Shown one piece after another: positions 12,081 through 22,250 of a stretch of 35,244 bases of DNA. The stretch spans positions 85,105,810 to 85,141,053 of the forward strand of contig NC_068990.1 of the NCBI RefSeq assembly GCF_001194135.2, read 5' to 3'. Origin of the DNA: Octopus bimaculoides. Lineage: Eukaryota. The translations under genes were made by a program, and so were the position numbers. Below the pieces are notes generated by a model, which saw only the letters and a list, made by a program, of their open reading frames with translations, was not told where the DNA came from and searched no databases. Position 1 is the stretch's first letter, and each line of letters starts with the position of its first letter.

Positions 12081-12338
12081 TAACGCACACAAATTGGTTC
12101 AATTTCACCCATTCATTAAATATTCGATTTTTTGTTTAAGTTCTTTCGTTGCATTTTTTTGCAACCTTCTCGGTGACTCAGTGACTATCGTTAGTGACTA
12201 TCGTTAGTGACTATCGTTAGTGACTATCGGTAGTCACTGAGTCACTGAAAAGATTACAATAAAAAAAAATGCATCGTAAGAACTTTGACAAAAAATCGAA
12301 TATTTAATACATGAGTGGAATTGTACCAATGTGTGTTA
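12081..12338. repeat. Foldback element: ~105 bp imperfect inverted arms around a 13-bp x4 tandem repeat
   Basis: Left arm ..TAAATATTCGATTTTTTGTTTAAGTTCTTTCGTTGCATTTTTTT..GGTGACTCAGTGACTA matches the reverse complement of the right arm ..TAAATATTCGATTTTTTGTCAAAGTTCTTACGATGCATTTTTTT..AGTGACTCAGTGACTA. The loop is GTGACTATCGTTA x4 (12181-12232). Confidence 0.9.
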
Positions 12339-12462
12339 TTTCTTTACTACCCACAAGGGGCTACACACAGAGGGGACAAACGGATTAAGTTGATTATATC
12401 GAACCCAGTGCGTAACTGGTACTTATTTAATCGACTTCGAAAGGATGAAAGGCAAAGTCGAG
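12337..12462 (-). mobile_element. SINE family B, headless, tail type 1
   Basis: TTTCTTTACTACCCACAAGGGGCTACACACAGAGGGGACAAAC...GGATGAAAGGCAAAGTCGA. Confidence 0.85.
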
Positions 12463-12465
12463 CTA

Positions 12466-12915
12466 AACTTTGCCTTTCATCATTTCTGGGTCAATAAAAT
12501 AAAGGAGCACTCCGTTGGTTACGACGACGAGGGTCCCAGCTGATCCGATCAACGGAACAGCTTGCTCGTGAAATTAACGTGCAAGTGACTCAGCACTCCA
12601 CAGACACGTGTACCTCCAACGTAGTTCCAGGGAGACTCAGCGTGACAGAGTGTGACAAGGCCGGCCCTTTGAAATACAGGTACTACTCATTTTTGCCAGT
12701 TGAGCGGACTGGAGCAACGTGAAATAAAGTGTCTTGCTCAAGGACACAACTTGTCACCGGGAATCGAACTCACGATCGTGAGCCAAATGCCCTAACTACT
12801 AAGTCACGCGCCTTCACAATAAAATAAGTACCAGTTGAACACTAGGATCGATGTAATCGACTTACCACCTCTTCCGAGTTTGCTGACATTGTACCAAAAT
12901 TTGAAACAATTATTT
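12466..12915 (+). mobile_element. SINE family B, headless, tail type 3, split by a SINE C insertion
   Basis: ACTTTGCCTTTCATC..GGGTCAATAAAATAA, resuming after the insertion as AATAAAATAAGTACCAGTTG..GATGTAATCGACTT..TTTGCTGACATTGTACCAAAATTTGAAACAAT. Confidence 0.8.
12503..12817 (-). mobile_element. SINE family C, full length, with 10-11 bp TSD
   Basis: Minus-strand head GTGAAGGCGCGTGACTTAGTAGTTAGGG..GAGTTCGATTCCCGG (A/B boxes). TSD (C)AATAAAATAA at 12492-12502 and 12817-12827. Confidence 0.9.
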
Positions 12916-14629
12916 AAGCTGCATTTTGTAGGCTATTATTTGCTGACGCAAAACATCACTAATCTCCTCGGTTTTGTTATACATAATTCGCTTCAAACTG
13001 ATGAATGATTTAAGACAGTCGAGTCAGGTATCATAATTACTATTTCGAGCCACGAATAAACTGGAATAACTGAAAAATGCGAGAATATAGAAGGACTATT
13101 TGTACGAAGGAGTTGAGTATGTGAACAGGAGAGAAGGATGATAGAGCGACATTTTTGTGTCAGGTTAAATAAAACCATCATCCATCAAGAAGAATCTGTA
13201 TCAGAGGTTTTATAAGCGGAGGATTGCTAAACATCAGGAAAACCGTAGAATTTATGCTAGTAGATGGTAAATAGTAAAACATTACTATCATTTCTCGAAT
13301 CAAAGTATTCATAATGATGTTGATTTGAGCAGGGCCGCAAATTGACAAAGGTATTTGAACGTTGAAAAGAATAACTTGAGGTATTTGTTCTGACTCCCTA
13401 CTCTTTGAGTTCAACTCTCAGTAAGGTCATCTTTGCTTTATATTCGTTTGGATCGATAGTAAGTAACACCCCACGACAATAGGGTGTTAGAAGGTCAAAA
13501 AGATATCTTCTGGTATCTGCTTTTTTTTTTTTTTTTTTTAGCTTTCTGACAGGAATATCTGCGATAACTAGTACCGGGCTGTATTAACCGAAGGTGGCAA
13601 CTTCTTTTGATAGATATAGAGGGAGGAGACTTGCATACATGGACAACTGCCAAGCGTATAAATGCATTGGAACACTGGGCTCCAAGCACCGATAATGGTA
13701 AAACACGCGTAGGAACTATAATACAAGCTAGTGTTTATCCTTGTTTCTCATATATATATCATTCAACCAAAGCCAACATTTACTCACTCGCAGCCTCTTT
13801 GTCACTAACTTATTTCTCAACCAAATTCAAAACTGTCAACAGTTCTATAATAGTCACCTCCCAAGCTAGAAAATTAGAAAGTCTTTTACTTTTCGAGTCT
13901 ACGCTCTTCAGCAGAAAGAATCACGAAGACCTAAACAGAGAGAATAATAAAAAAAAAACTTGGGGATTTAGCGATCAACCATATATATATATGTATTGCC
14001 CAGATTTGCGCACACACGTGTAGATGTATAGTCCTCGGACCAAAATGTAGTTGTCTTCGGGTGACTTTTCTTCTGAATATTCACCTGAACACAAGTACGT
14101 TTTGGTCCAAGGATCATGAGCACTAGAAATCAAACGCAACAAAATAAGATGCGTTCCTTGCTTTTCGGATTTTATTTCTCTGATCGTTATTTTAGCCTTT
14201 GGTGAATAGGAAAGTTAATGTTAAGCTAATTACTACACAAAGTAGTAGATAATTAACTAAAAATAAATTGTCAAAATTGATAACATTTACGTTTTTTTTA
14301 CGAAGTACAGGAGAAATGTTTTGTCTAATTTGTGACGTCGTTTTACGAAACATGGTCATCCTGTATTGGTCATCCTGAGGAAGTGGTGAATCATTAATTA
14401 AATATAAACGATAACAAATAACGCTAAATATATTGGGGTAGGGAAATAGAACTTTTTACGGAGCAGCATCGTGTGAGCTCTAAGTGTCAAAGGAATGGTC
14501 ATAACAGGAATGGTTTTTCTTCATAGGCCGACTTAGGAAGTACTGATCTGCAACAATCCATGTTGCATTAAACTACTAAAATATATCGTCTTCTTTAACG
14601 AAGAAGCATCTAATTAATGATATAAACAA

Positions 14630-15062
14630 AATATTCTTTTCTACTTTAAGCACAAGGTCCGAAATTTTGGGGGAAGGGGCCAGTCGATTAGATCGACCCC
14701 AGTATGCAACTGTTACTTAATTTATCGACCCCAGAAAGATGAAAGCAAAGACGAGCTCGGCGGAATTTGAACTCAGACGAAATGCCGATACGACAGACGA
14801 AATAGTGCTATTTCACTCGACGTGCTAACGTTTCTTATTTCTTTATTGCCCACAAGGGGCTAAACATAGAGGGGACAAACAATGACAGACAAAGGGATTA
14901 AGTCGACTACATCGACCCCAGTGCGTAACTGGTACTTAATTTATCGACCCCAAAAGGTTGAAAGTCAAAGTCGACCTCGTCGGGATTTGAACTCAGAACG
15001 TAACTGCAGACGAAATACTACTAACATTTCGCCCGGCGTGCTAACGTTTCTGCCAGCTCACC
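14630..15062 (-). mobile_element. Dimeric SINE family B (full monomer with tail 1 plus A-box-truncated monomer with tail 2)
   Basis: Two B cores in tandem; the junction near 14821-14845 reads GGGCAATAAAGAAATAAGAAACGTTAGCACG on the minus strand. Confidence 0.88.
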
Positions 15063-15065
15063 AGA

Positions 15066-15067
15066 CT

Positions 15068-15103
<36 letters not shown>

Positions 15104-15270
15104 CATATATACGACGGGCGTCTTTCAGTTTCCGTCTACCAAATCCACTCACAAGGCTTTAATTGGCCCGAAGCTATACTAGAAGACACTTGCCCAAGGT
15201 GCCACGCAGTGGGACTGAACCCAGAGCCATGTGGTTGATAAGCAAGCTACTTACCACACAGCCACAACTC
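15066..15270 (-). mobile_element. SINE family A, 5' half up to the internal (CA)/(TA) microsatellite
   Basis: Reverse complement of the 6092-6260 head. Confidence 0.88.
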
Positions 15271-15523
15271 TAGCATTTGACTGGTATTCATATGTAATTT
15301 ATATTTTCTGTCGTTTGGTAAATAATATTTATAAGAAACATATACAGTTGTTAAGTATACATCATGAGATGGTTATTTCCGCCTTTCTGCTGATATACAA
15401 ACAATGTGACTAAGTGAACAAGCGTGCTTTTTACTGTACTGAAGGTTAATATGACCTAACTAGGTCGAAATTAGGATCGTTTCTGTTGTCATAACAACAA
15501 TGGTCTCACACGTGGTTATTAAT
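15269..15523 (+). repeat. Old local repeat unit, copy U1
   Basis: Core ACAATGTGACTAAGTGAACAAGCGTGCT..GTACTGAAGGTTAATATGACCTAACTAGGTCGAAATTAGGATCGTTTCTGTTGTCATAAC..GGTTATTAA, aligned by eye to U2-U4. Confidence 0.85.
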
Positions 15524-15575
15524 TTCAAGAATTCGGCGCACTGCTAAATACATAGACACAGACAGATAAGAAAAG

Positions 15576-15775
15576 TAATTGGCACTCCGTCTGTTATGAC
15601 GACGCGAGACTTAGTTAATCCGATCAATGGAACAGCCTGCACGTGAAATTAGCATGTAAGTGGCTGAGTATTCCATAGACACACGTACTCTGAATGTAGG
15701 TCTCTGGGAGATTCAGCGTGACGTGCATAGTGTGACAAGGCTAGCTCTTGAAATACGGGTTCAGCTCATTTTTGC
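15576..15775 (-). mobile_element. SINE family C, 3' two-thirds, followed by (CA)n 15805-15858
   Basis: Collinear with 12505-12700 (GCACTCCGT..GATCCGATCAA.GGAACAG..GTGTGACAAGG..CTCATTTTTGC). Confidence 0.82.
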
Positions 15776-15803
15776 GCACACAAACAAACAAACACAAACG
15801 CGT

Positions 15804-15861
<58 letters not shown>

Positions 15862-16144
15862 CATACATACAATGGTGATGAGTAGAATGAACCGTAAAGT
15901 ATAGAATTACGAAGGGACTGCAGAACTCCAATTGCCCTTATATTGATAAACGAAGAAGAGAATAACGTTGCAAGGAAAAATGAAGGCAGAATGTTTGAAA
16001 ACAAGACATTTCGGCGCTTCTTCGAGTCCAGGGTCACACGAAAGTGAAAGTATTTACCGTATCATGAATACTAGGTGTTGTTTTTTTTTTCTTTCCTACA
16101 AAAGGAAACTATTAAGGAAGGAAAATAGAACAGTTGACGGTAAA

Positions 16145-16477
16145 NNNNNNNNNNNNNNNNNNNNNNNNNNNNNNNNNNNNNNNNNNNNNNNNNNNNNNNN
16201 NNNNNNNNNNNNNNNNNNNNNNNNNNNNNNNNNNNNNNNNNNNNNNNNNNNNNNNNNNNNNNNNNNNNNNNNNNNNNNNNNNNNNNNNNNNNNNNNNNNN
16301 NNNNNNNNNNNNNNNNNNNNNNNNNNNNNNNNNNNNNNNNNNNNNNNNNNNNNNNNNNNNNNNNNNNNNNNNNNNNNNNNNNNNNNNNNNNNNNNNNNNN
16401 NNNNNNNNNNNNNNNNNNNNNNNNNNNNNNNNNNNNNNNNNNNNNNNNNNNNNNNNNNNNNNNNNNNNNNNNNNNNN
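16145..16477. other. Assembly gap (N-run)
   Basis: N characters. Confidence 1.
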
Positions 16478-16858
16478 TGTGTGTGTGTGTGTGTGTGCAT
16501 GTATATGTGTGCATATGTTTATGTCTACAAATACGATAGCGTAGGAAAATAGAATTGATTCGAGATTAAATAATTCTGAGACGCTCTCCTTCAAAGGTGC
16601 TTTATGTGTGTCTCTCTCGATGTGCTAGGAACAGCAGCTAAGTGGCACTCAAATTACTTGCATTGCATATTCGAAAAGGGAGTGACATATTGCAGGGTCG
16701 TTCTAAAAACGTAATGCTCAAGATGATGGCGGGTTAGTCTTAATGGGAATGCTATCAGCGCTCATAAATTTCTGAAATGAAATGAAAGAAAGAAAGAAAG
16801 AAATAGAAAAGAAAGACAGAAATACCTACAAGGAATTTACAGCGTTTTATAAAATAAC

Positions 16859-17072
16859 CCTTTCTATTGAGGGCACAAGGCCTTGAGATTTTTGGGGAGG
16901 GAACTAATCGTTTACATCGACTCCAGTGTTTCACTGGTACTTAATTTATCGACCCCGAAAGGATGAAAGGCAAAGTCGACCTCAACAGAATTTGAACTCA
17001 GAACGTAGCGGCAGACGAAATACCTCTAAGCAATTCGCCCGGCGTGCTAACCATTCTGCCATCTCACCGACT
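16859..17072 (-). mobile_element. SINE family B, full length, tail type 2, perfect 15-bp TSD
   Basis: Complete B head, core and tail. TSD GTTTTATAAAATAAC at 16844-16858 and 17077-17091. Confidence 0.93.
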
Positions 17073-17109
17073 TAGTGTTTTATAAAATAACGATTTGCAA
17101 CAGAAGTGA

Positions 17110-17385
17110 AAAAGAATGGTCGAATAAAATGACCTCAAAATTTGACCAGTATTCATATATAATTGATTGATACACGTATAATTAATTCATATATAATTAA
17201 TTAATATCACATGTTAAATACTTTTTGTTAGAAATATTTTATGTTGCTAATCGTCGGATTATATCGAAATTATTAAAAATATATAAACAACGTAACTAAA
17301 TCAACAAGCGTGCTTCTAGTTGTACTGAAGGTGAATGTGACCCAAGTAGGTCAAAATTAGGATCGTTTCTGATATGTTAAGGACA
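17110..17385 (+). repeat. Old local repeat unit, copy U2
   Basis: AACAAGCGTGCTTCTAGTTGTACTGAAGGTGAATGTGACCCAAGTAGGTCAAAATTAGGATCGTTTCTG, preceded by the shared GAATGGTCGAATAAA..TTTGACCAGTATTCAT segment. Confidence 0.85.
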
Positions 17386-17451
17386 GTATTCCTGCTCGTC
17401 GTTACTCATCTCTAGTTATTCAGTGCAACGCAATATACATCGACGAACGGA

Positions 17452-17488
<37 letters not shown>

Positions 17489-17574
17489 CAATGTTTGTTT
17501 TTATGTCATGTTATATATATTTTAAAAAAACCATTTTAAGTTGTATGTATGTATGTATAGGCACAGTATAGCCA

Positions 17575-17715
17575 ATTGGTTTGAGTTCGCATTAAAAGCA
17601 AGAGACTCCGGATCGATCTCGCTGCGTAGTTTCTTGGACAAATATCATTTTTTATAGTCGATTCATTTCTTGTGAGTGAAATTGTGTAGACGGAAACTGT
17701 AACGAAGCTCCTCAG
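17575..17715 (+). mobile_element. Very degenerate SINE A-related head
   Basis: CTTGTGAGTGAAATTGTGTAGACGGAAACTG resembles the family A body; the upstream boxes are decayed. Confidence 0.4.
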
Positions 17716-17919
17716 GTGTATTGCATCTGTGATTCAAACACTACAGTCTCGTTACACGCCGAGTCACGATGATTCTATCTGGGAGTTGTGAAGAAGGAAA
17801 CTTTAAAGAAGGGACATTATGATCCTCTTGATAGCACGTACACTAGGCTTCTCGTGATGACTCAAAACATGTCATAGCACGAGCATAAGACTAAAGAAAA
17901 GATTTATGGCTACATTCTA

Positions 17920-18300
17920 CCCATCCTTATTATTGCTACTCAACGCAGGGTACGCTATGCTAGTCAACGCTGTCATAATGAATACAAAGCAACACCAGAT
18001 GTTTAACTTTGGAAAACTTCTGTAGCCTAACGAAGAGCGAAGACCACTCAGCTACAGTGATGATATTGGCAGACACCCGACATGAGACTGAGGACCTATC
18101 AAAGCTAATGAGGGAACAGAGATTCTTTGTGCGGCGTGGTGAAACGCAACTTGGTTGCAGGCACTTGAAGAACAAGACTTTTGATATTGTTATCTCTTAT
18201 TCAGTGAGCGAAGTATCACATCAATGATTCTTCACTTTTTTTCAGGTTCTCTGGAGCAGGTGGATTTAACGGAGAACGTAATCCTTAAATCGGACATCTA
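17920..18300 (+). pseudogene. Decayed RTE-like reverse transcriptase core fragment
   Basis: TAC AGT GAT GAT ATT = YSDDI (YADD-like) at ~18054, with frameshifted LADT..EDLSKL, upstream GYILPILII and downstream GSLEQVD, in the order expected for an RTE RT. Confidence 0.45.
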
Positions 18301-18496
18301 GTACCAATGTGTTTCTAAGAGTGCGAGAACCAAGGATTAAGTCTACCAAGGATTCCGAATGTAATGAGCCAGAACTAATACTACAAGACATCTCATCCGA
18401 AAATAACAGTTTCTATCAAAGACATGAGACAGCATCTTTTGTAGAAGAGAATGGTCGATTAAACTGACTTCAGCATTTGGTTGATATTTATACATA

Positions 18497-19100
18497 CCGT
18501 ACGTACTCATGTATGTCACACTCAGTTATAAGTCGCACTCTAATTTAGTGTTAAGTCTTGGTACAACATTTTTTCCTTCATGATATTAGTTTTGTCTAAG
18601 GCGGCGAGCTGGCAGAATCGTTAGCACGCCGGGTGAAATGTTTAGCGGTATTTCATCTGCCGTTACGTCCTGAGTTCAAATTCCGCCGAGGTCGACTTTG
18701 CCTTTTATCCTTCTCGGGTTCGATAAATTAAGTAGCAGTTACGCACTGGGGTCGATGTAATCGACTTGTTCCCTTTGTCTGTCCTTGTTTGTCCCCTTGT
18801 GGGCAATAAAGAAGTAAGAAACGTTAGCACGCCGGGCAAAACGCTTAGTGGTATTTCGTCTGTCTTTACGTTCAAATTCCGCCGAGGTCGACTTTGCCTT
18901 TCATCCTTTCGGGGTCGATAAATTAAGTACCAGTTACGTCTTGAGGTCGATCTAATCGACTGGTCCCCTCTCAAAAGATTTCGGACCGTGGGCCTAGAGT
19001 AGAAAAGAGTATTAGCTTTATCTCGTGTATAAGTCGTACCTCAGATTTTTCAGTTAAAATCAGTTATAAAATAGTACGAGTCATACACGTGTAAATACGG
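18497..19100. mobile_element. Tc1/mariner-superfamily (Tc2/pogo-like) MITE with TA TSD, carrying a nested SINE dimer
   Basis: Left TA|CCGTACGTACTCATGTAT and right ATACACGTGTAAATACGG|TA are inverted termini; internal TATAAGTCGCAC and TATAAGTCGTAC subterminal motifs. Confidence 0.7.
18600..19013 (+). mobile_element. Dimeric SINE family B (tail 1 monomer plus tail 2 monomer), with TSD around the whole dimer
   Basis: Junction GGGCAATAAAGAAGTAAGAAACGTTAGCACGCCGGGC at ~18801-18837. Flanks TATTAGTTTTGTCT (18584-18597) and TATTAGCTTTATCT (19010-19023). Confidence 0.9.
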
Positions 19101-19679
19101 TAATTCATATTCTTTCTAGTGCGTTAAATAATATTCATTAGCAGTATATATAATTTCTAAATATACTTCATCGGATGATTAATTCCATGTTTCTACATAT
19201 GTATGTAAATGACGTGACTAAGAGAACAAGTGTGTTTCTGATTGTACTCATGGGGAATGTGACCAACTAGGTCAAATTTTGGGTTATTTCTGTTATAACG
19301 ATAATGATCTCACTAGAGGTTATTAACCACCAGATCTATTCACTGTAAAACTTACCCACTAACTCCGTTTCTCACTTACCCCCTCTCTCTTTCTCTCAAA
19401 GCAGGACAAAACTATTAATTAAAAGATAGTGTCTCCCATAAGTATGATTATATTCTCATTAGGAGCTAACGGTAATGTGAGTGTGTGTTTATATGTGTGT
19501 GAGCGTGTGCTATGAATGTATATGTACGTCAGTTAACACCTGTAAACCACCCTCAGGCTAACATCCACAAATGCACTATTGCGTCCGCCAGTATACTGAC
19601 TCACACTTGTACATACCTATGTCTGCATATACACGTATGCATACAAGCATGTCCATGAGAGACACGTCGATTTTAAGAA

Positions 19680-19681
<2 letters not shown>

Positions 19682-19720
<39 letters not shown>
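19682..19720. repeat. (TA)n microsatellite
   Basis: Direct reading. Confidence 0.95.
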
Positions 19721-19723
<3 letters not shown>

Positions 19724-20499
19724 TTGCTATTACGCAAAAGTGTCGTTAAGTCCAAATCGTTGCTTTTTCAGAAAACGAAAAAATAGTTTCATCATTCCAT
19801 AGCAAAACCGTTGTACTACATTTTGACAATTTTTTGATATCTTGACATCTGAAGCAGTTGGAGATACGATAGTTTGACCAAAAGAACCAGCTGTTGCAAG
19901 TAAAAATAAATATTGAAACAAAAAAAAAAAAACGCATTTGGCCAAATCTGTTCACCTGTTTCTGATATATTTCTGTGTTTTTTAACACTGTACTTCTACA
20001 CTACATACTATCTCCAGACGAAAGTCGAAGTTAATTAGGTATTCAATGATGTATCTAATTTAAGTATGACGCTCTGATTGCTATATCAAACTAATATTGT
20101 TTCTGTGGCACATAACGAATCCAATTAACTATATAAACAAGATACAATGAGTACAATAGAGTAAGGCGTGTAAAAGTGTACTGAGTAAATCGTAGTGTGT
20201 CTCGTAAAATTAGTTATATGTCCAGTAGGTGTTAATGGTAGCAAAATTGTGGATGTGTATATGTGGGTGTACGTATGAAGAAATACAAAGCACCAGCATG
20301 TTTAAATTCAGTTAATTCTTACTGGAGAAGACACGAGAAAGAGAGAATGGTAAGGCATAGAGATGATAAACGGAATGGAAAAGGGAAGAACACTATGGAG
20401 AATAGGAGAAAAGGCAATGGGTGGAACACTAGAGATGATGAATGGCGGAGAAAAGTGGGGTACCAGGAATTTATTGTTTTCACTTTATTTATGCAATAA

Positions 20500-20823
20500 T
20501 AATTTCTAAAATGAGCCGAGGGCAGCATATTCTTATGGACGAGAATGGTCAATTAAAATTTCTCTAGCATTTAACTGGTATACATGGATAATTAATTCCT
20601 ATTCTCTATTGCATGTTAAATATTTTTATTAGGAACATACGCGATTACTAAATGTGCATAATCTGAAAATTAATCCCATGTTTCTACTGATAAATAAACA
20701 ATGTGACTAAAAGAACATAAGCGTGCTTCTGACTTCACTGAAGGTGAATGTAACCTAACTAGGTTGAAATAGGGATTGCTTTGCTGTCATAACGACAATA
20801 ACCTCAGTAGGGGTTATTAACCC
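20500..20823 (+). repeat. Old local repeat unit, copy U4
   Basis: ACAATGTGACTAAAAGAACATAAGCGTGCTTCTGACTTCACTGAAGGTGAATGTAACCTAACTAGGTTGAAATAGGGATTGCTTTGCTGTCATAACGAC..GGGGTTATTAACCC, with an upstream segment alignable to U1 and U3. Confidence 0.85.
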
Positions 20824-20837
20824 TGAAGTAATTTAGT

Positions 20838-20871
<34 letters not shown>

Positions 20872-21028
20872 TTTATGTCGAGTTGTAAAAAACAATTTAA
20901 TGTTAAACGGAGGAATTACCCAATTCTCCTTTGGAGAGTGCATATTTATTAAATTTTTACAAGACGATGACTTCGAAGTTTAGGCTTGTTTGTCCGCGAG
21001 TATGTCTGTGTGTATGTGTATAGGCATA

Positions 21029-21061
<33 letters not shown>

Positions 21062-21072
21062 GCATACATACA

Positions 21073-21100
<28 letters not shown>
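20838..21100. repeat. (GT)n ~20838-20870 and (TACA)n ~21028-21098
   Basis: Direct reading. Confidence 0.95.
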
Positions 21101-21106
<6 letters not shown>

Positions 21107-21934
21107 GTCTTCATCTATGTATTCGTTTTGCAAGATCCTTGATATAGAAGTTTGAGATGAAACTGATAGCGTTGTGTATTTGGTAGGATCAAACTTGGTC
21201 TTAAGGAGTGTTAAACATTGCAGGTCATGTGAGACAAACAGTAAACATACAATAATTACTGAGGAGAAAGGGACGCTGGAGGGTCACGTGTCATTTACAT
21301 GGGAACAGATTGTTACGAACTGACTTTGTTAGATTAATCACTTAAGCAGCCGATCAATTGATTTTAAATAAAACTGAAATGAAATATAATCAGTGTGTTT
21401 GTTTTTATTGACTGCACGACTCTCCCAAATTACAACATACCGCTGACAAGCATGATGCTGTAGTTTTGGTTTGAGTTCAGTTGCGTTCTATTTACCCATT
21501 AGTGTTAAGTCTTTCCAAAATTTCTCAAGTAAATTAGAATTAGACACTCGGGACAATATTGTTGTTTATTGAAAATGTTTACATCACAAACGGATATAAG
21601 ATGTAGGCAATAATAACGTGATATTTCTTTTGCCGTGTGACTAGTTTTTGAATCAAGTTATGGCTTTAAATCTCAAAGTTGCCCGCTCCGCTACCATATA
21701 CTCCCTACGGAATTATATTAGACTTGCTGTTATAAATCCATTGATTGGTCCTCTCAACGAAAAGGAACCGAGGGCTTTCATTGCATAATCTTATACATCG
21801 AAGTCTGCTAAGTAGAAGTGATTATCTTTATAAAAACAATTTCATTTTTTTTTTTGTATATTTGCTTTTAAAATATTCAAAATGGTTTTAGTCAGGATGA
21901 GAGGGTAGTTCTCATGAGGATTTAGTGAACTTCC

Positions 21935-22169
21935 AAGGCCGGTGGCAGAAAGAAAAGAGGTGTCTTTAAGCTGGAGACCTGGTTCGAATGCTTGCAGCAG
22001 GACGAACTCCGCTAAAAGCACCAAAGATGGATAACATCGGTGGCGTGAATAGAGTTGGCATGGGTGACTGCTGGTCTTCCATAAACAAACTTGCCCGGAC
22101 ATGTACCTCGGAGGAGAACTTTCTAAGTGCAATCCCATGGTCATTTATAACCGAAGGAGGTCTTTACCC
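21935..22169 (+). mobile_element. Retroelement 3' end (probable LINE partner) sharing its last ~140 bp with the SINE C variant at 24328
   Basis: From 22028 (GGATAACATCGGTGGCGTG..CCTCGGAGGAGAACTTTCTAAGTGCAATCCCATGGTCATT.ATAACCGAAG) it matches 24500-24637, but its upstream sequence is not a tRNA head. An older copy of the upstream part lies at ~24040-24170. Confidence 0.6.
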
Positions 22170-22250
22170 ATTATTCGCACATGTCGTGTTTAGATCTACG
22201 CCCTTATTTTATTTTATTTTATTCATTTATTTATTTATTAATTTGAAGAA

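Larger units (their letters stand above)
18405..19328 (+). repeat. Old local repeat unit, copy U3, interrupted by a Tc2-like MITE
   Basis: The 5' part (18405-18496) and 3' part (19101-19328) rejoin when the MITE is removed. Core GTGACTAAGAGAACAAGTGTGTTTCTGATTGTACT..AATGTGACCAACTAGGTCAAA..GGTTATTAACC. Confidence 0.8.

Noticed and set aside
12181-12232. CRISPR-like or telomere-like reading of GTGACTATCGTTA x4
   Set aside because: Contiguous tandem repeat with no spacers, in eukaryotic DNA with no cas genes
13000-13480. Unique-looking sequence with short open frames
   Set aside because: No recognisable motif or consistent splice signals
13600-13700. RRLAYMDNCQAY resembling the pogo/DDE_1 MDNC motif
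   Set aside because: Isolated short similarity flanked by stops
993-16594. Long ORFs containing X runs (993-1574, 6120-6560, 15968-16594 and others)
   Set aside because: Open only because they cross N-gaps
18246-18466. Candidate exon after TTTTTTTCAG with a ~60-codon open frame ending EENGRLN
   Set aside because: The 5' part fits the decayed RTE RT (SLEQVD) and the 3' part aligns to an old SINE tail; stops occur in the frames following the acceptor
19746-19988. Minus-strand VLLWNDETIF resembling Tc1 VLWSDETKF, and a strong minus-strand acceptor near 19875
   Set aside because: A single short motif with no other transposase motifs or TIRs; too weak to call either a transposon or an exon
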